Of a stretch of DNA of 57,596 nt, positions 55,068 to 57,596 are shown piece by piece; position 1 is the first letter of the stretch, and each line of letters opens with the position of its first letter. The notes beneath the pieces were generated by a model. The model was given only the letters and a program-made list of their open reading frames with translations. It searched no databases and had not been told where the DNA came from. The DNA comes from Saprospiraceae bacterium (lineage in GTDB: Bacteria > Bacteroidota > Bacteroidia > Chitinophagales > Saprospiraceae). Where the stretch lies: assembly GCA_023268675.1 (NCBI GenBank), contig JALQTV010000001.1, positions 1 through 57,596 of the forward strand, given 5' to 3'. Both the position numbers and the translations under genes were made by a program.

Positions 55068-56807
55068 TTAGTTTATGGTTATTTCTTCCGTTGGATACGT
55101 GTAGTGTTTGGCGCGTGCCTTTTTGAAAAAGGCTATGAGTATGGCAAGCGTACTTACCCTGCCGATAAACATGATGACGATGATGACAATTTTTCCGGGA
55201 GCGCTCAGACTACCTGTAGTACCCAGGCTCAATCCCACCGTACTGTAGGCGGAAAAGCATTCAAAAGCCAGGTTTAACAAGGGCTTGTCTCCGTCGAAGA
55301 CCGACAACAATACGATTCCGGTACCGATAACTGCCAGGGAAAGTGCAATGACCGCAAAGGCTCTTCTGACTGAATTATCTGAAATCTGTCGCCTGAAAAT
55401 TTCTATTCGGGTCAGGCCCCTGGCTACGCTTACAATATTGAGTATCGCTACGGCAAAGGTACTGGTTTTGATCCCTCCACCGGTAGAAGCGGGTGAAGCT
55501 CCTATCCACATCAGGAAAAATGTCATCAGCATGGCCGGCATGCCCAGTTGTGTCAGGTCTATGTTGTTGAAACCCGCAGTACGGGGTGTGGCAGCTTCAA
55601 ACAAGGCTACTACTACCTTGCCCAGACCTTTGTGAACTGCCAGGGTATTTTCGTATTCGACTACATACATAAAGATTGTTCCCAGGATGGTAAGGCTAAT
55701 CGTGGTCACCAGGGTAATCCGGCTGTTGAGGTTGAACAGGCGGGAGCGGAATATCACCTTTTTCCTGAACACCGGAATGATCCGGAAAAAGGCATATCGG
55801 ATAGCATTGGAGAGGTTTGCCACAATGGGAAAGCCCAGGCCTCCCATAAAAAAGGTAAGGATGATAATCAGTTGGAGTCCGTAATTGAAGCGCAGCCCCT
55901 CTTCATACAGACCGTTGCTGAGTGTCGAAAATCCTGCATTGCAAAAAGCCGAAATGGCATGGAAGGCAGCAAAAAAAAGTTTCTGGTAGGTGTTTTCAAA
56001 AGCCATCCCATCCAGACTGAAATAGATCAACAGTGCCGAAATGGCTTCTATGGAAAAGGTAATGACCAAAATGTATTTAAGCATCGAAAAGACTTCGCCT
56101 ACCCTTTCAGTACTTACAATGTCACTGATCGTCAGCTGGCTTTCAAAGGAGGTGAGCCCCTTGAAAAAGTAGCTGAAATAACTGGCAAAAGTCAGAATGC
56201 CCAACCCGCCTATTTGAATCAGGAAGAGAATAATCGTTTGCCCCAGCGGCGTAAAAAAGGTCGCTGTGTCCACCACAATCAAACCCGTCACACAAACGGC
56301 ACTGGTGGAGGTAAACAAGGCATCGGCAAAGGATATGCTACCGTAGGTAGCCCTGGGGAGCATTAGAAGGAAGGCTCCCAGCAAAATGAGCAGGAGAAAA
56401 CTTCCGATAAACAGTTGAGCCGGATTGATGAGGGTGCGGTTGATCTGAAAGCGGATAAGTGACAATTCCCGTACCAACAAAATCAAAATAAAAAGGGAGA
56501 TCCAATAATCTGCCTTTCCCGGAAACCACCACCAGTGTTCCGGGAAATCCGGTATGACCAGACCGCTGAGCAACCATAATACTAAAAGTGTGAGCACTGC
56601 ATCGAATACCCTGACCTGCTTTGCAGGCAATTCCCTGCCACGCCTGTATTTTCCCGCAAGGGCAAGCAAACCCGTAAAGAGGGTAACTAAATGAAAATCC
56701 AGCAAAAGATCATCTACATACGCCGGGTGGTCCACTCCCAATTCGAGAATGAAAAACAATATACTCAGGGTAGAAAATGCAATAGACAGGCGCCTGATTT
56801 GGTCCAA
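55068..56807 (-). CDS. TrkH/KtrB family potassium transporter with a ~125-aa N-terminal TM extension
   Basis: Polytopic membrane protein with selectivity-filter-like repeats (VCVTG, NAGFS, RTAGFN, TGGGIKT, STVGLS). Confidence 0.85.
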   Translation of the reverse strand: MDQIRRLSIAFSTLSILFFILELGVDHPAYVDDLLLDFHLVTLFTGLLALAGKYRRGRELPAKQVRVFDAVLTLLVLWLLSGLVIPDFPEHWWWFPGKADYWISLFILILLVRELSLIRFQINRTLINPAQLFIGSFLLLILLGAFLLMLPRATYGSISFADALFTSTSAVCVTGLIVVDTATFFTPLGQTIILFLIQIGGLGILTFASYFSYFFKGLTSFESQLTISDIVSTERVGEVFSMLKYILVITFSIEAISALLIYFSLDGMAFENTYQKLFFAAFHAISAFCNAGFSTLSNGLYEEGLRFNYGLQLIIILTFFMGGLGFPIVANLSNAIRYAFFRIIPVFRKKVIFRSRLFNLNSRITLVTTISLTILGTIFMYVVEYENTLAVHKGLGKVVVALFEAATPRTAGFNNIDLTQLGMPAMLMTFFLMWIGASPASTGGGIKTSTFAVAILNIVSVARGLTRIEIFRRQISDNSVRRAFAVIALSLAVIGTGIVLLSVFDGDKPLLNLAFECFSAYSTVGLSLGTTGSLSAPGKIVIIVIMFIGRVSTLAILIAFFKKARAKHYTYPTEEITIN

Positions 56808-56840
56808 AATGGTCCGGTTTATGGGTTAGCGACTAGTTTG

Positions 56841-57383
56841 CTAGACCAACTCCAGTTCTTCCTTGTGTGCTTCCAGCACAGGTATGATAAAATTGATCAA
56901 TTCCTGCAGTTCCCAACCAATCAGTTCTGCACCTCTGGCAACTTCTTCTCGATCTACCGTAGCAGCAAAGGTTTTGGTTTTGAATTTTTTCATCACAGAC
57001 TTGGCATTCATTCCTGTGATTTTTGTAGGGCGGATCAGGGCCGCTGCAATGATAAAGCCGGTCATTTCATCGGCAGCAACAATACATTTATCCAGCAGTG
57101 TCCGTCGCTCGACATTCCACTTGGTATAGTGCCCTGCGATGGCATGGGCGATGCTTTCTTCTCCCATTCCCTCTAACTTTTCTACAATCACATGGGGATG
57201 CTTGTCGGGATACATTTCGTAATCTGCATCGTGTAATAGCCCTGTCACGGCAAATTGTTCCTCGTCTTCTCCAAAGTGTCTGGCAAATGCCTGCATGACC
57301 AGTTCCACACTTCTTGCATGTCGCAACAGAGAATCTGTCTTGGTCATCTCTGTTAAAATCTCGTAGGCTTGTTCTCTTGTCAT
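56841..57383 (-). CDS. HD-domain phosphohydrolase
   Basis: H...HD signature (LLRHARSVE...GLLHDADYE); 180 aa. Confidence 0.75.
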   Translation of the reverse strand: MTREQAYEILTEMTKTDSLLRHARSVELVMQAFARHFGEDEEQFAVTGLLHDADYEMYPDKHPHVIVEKLEGMGEESIAHAIAGHYTKWNVERRTLLDKCIVAADEMTGFIIAAALIRPTKITGMNAKSVMKKFKTKTFAATVDREEVARGAELIGWELQELINFIIPVLEAHKEELELV

Positions 57384-57461
57384 AAGAATAAATTATCCGT
57401 AAAAATACCCGTAACTTTAGCTGACGGAGATTTTAAATGTAGAAAATAACTTTAATATTCC

Positions 57462-57596
57462 ATGAAAAATTGGCTGACAAACGCTCAGGAACTGCAACGC
57501 AACATCTACATCAGGGGTTTTGCGGGGAAAAAGCCCGGAGTGACCATCCATCCGGAAAGACTGGAAGCACTGGCGAGGAAGAAAATGACAGGCGAA
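57462..57596 (+). CDS. Partial (5' end only) FMN-dependent alpha-hydroxy-acid oxidising enzyme, lactate 2-monooxygenase-like
   Basis: My own translation from the ATG at 57462 gives MKNWLTNAQELQRNIYIRGFAGKKPGVTIHPERLEALARKKMTGE. This resembles the N-terminus of FMN-dependent dehydrogenases. The ORF is open to the window end. Confidence 0.4.
   Translation, partial: MKNWLTNAQELQRNIYIRGFAGKKPGVTIHPERLEALARKKMTGE

Noticed and set aside
1-57596. tRNA, rRNA, CRISPR arrays, IS elements, integrases, toxin-antitoxin pairs
   Set aside because: Visual scanning of intergenic regions and the ORF track found none of the following: a T-loop-like GGTTCGAATCC motif, regularly spaced repeats, or transposase/integrase/RT-like translations. 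A tRNAscan/Infernal/ISfinder run would be needed to exclude them formally.

Overview
This 57.6-kb window looks like ordinary chromosomal DNA from a Bacteroidota genome. The evidence is type A and type B T9SS C-terminal sorting domains, the acpP-fabF-rnc arrangement next to pyk, a TPR/DUF4292/EnvC-like envelope operon, and many lipoprotein and OmpH-type genes. It is densely coding, with about 50 CDS. Most are housekeeping genes: pyk, acpP, fabF, rnc, hflX, glyQS, prfA, tsaB, lspA, pdxA, rsmA, lpxH, uvrC, a Ktr/Trk potassium uptake pair, an acyl-CoA dehydrogenase and an ALDH7-type dehydrogenase. By eye I found no rRNA, tRNA, CRISPR array, transposase, integrase or recognisable defence system. 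The less ordinary parts are as follows. (1) A ~9.8-kb accessory patch (22.9-32.7 kb) holds an HTH protein, a lipoprotein and two giant T9SS cargo proteins. One is a 1609-aa CE8 pectinesterase carrying four copies of an unrecognised ~125-145-aa module. (2) A 1184-aa protein fuses PD40/TolB-like repeats to an Omp85-like barrel. (3) A low-GC orphan gene encodes a DnaQ-like fold with substituted catalytic residues. (4) A gene overlapping the rnc stop resembles, from memory, a SWIM-family C-terminal region without the SWIM finger. (5) An exact 16-nt duplicated palindrome-containing site lies upstream of the acyl-CoA dehydrogenase gene. (6) A 5'-truncated aminotransferase sits at the left edge. (7) Several strong intergenic hairpins are present. 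I cannot point to a clearly novel multi-gene system. All functional calls rest on motif recognition in the supplied translations and need profile or structure searches to confirm.
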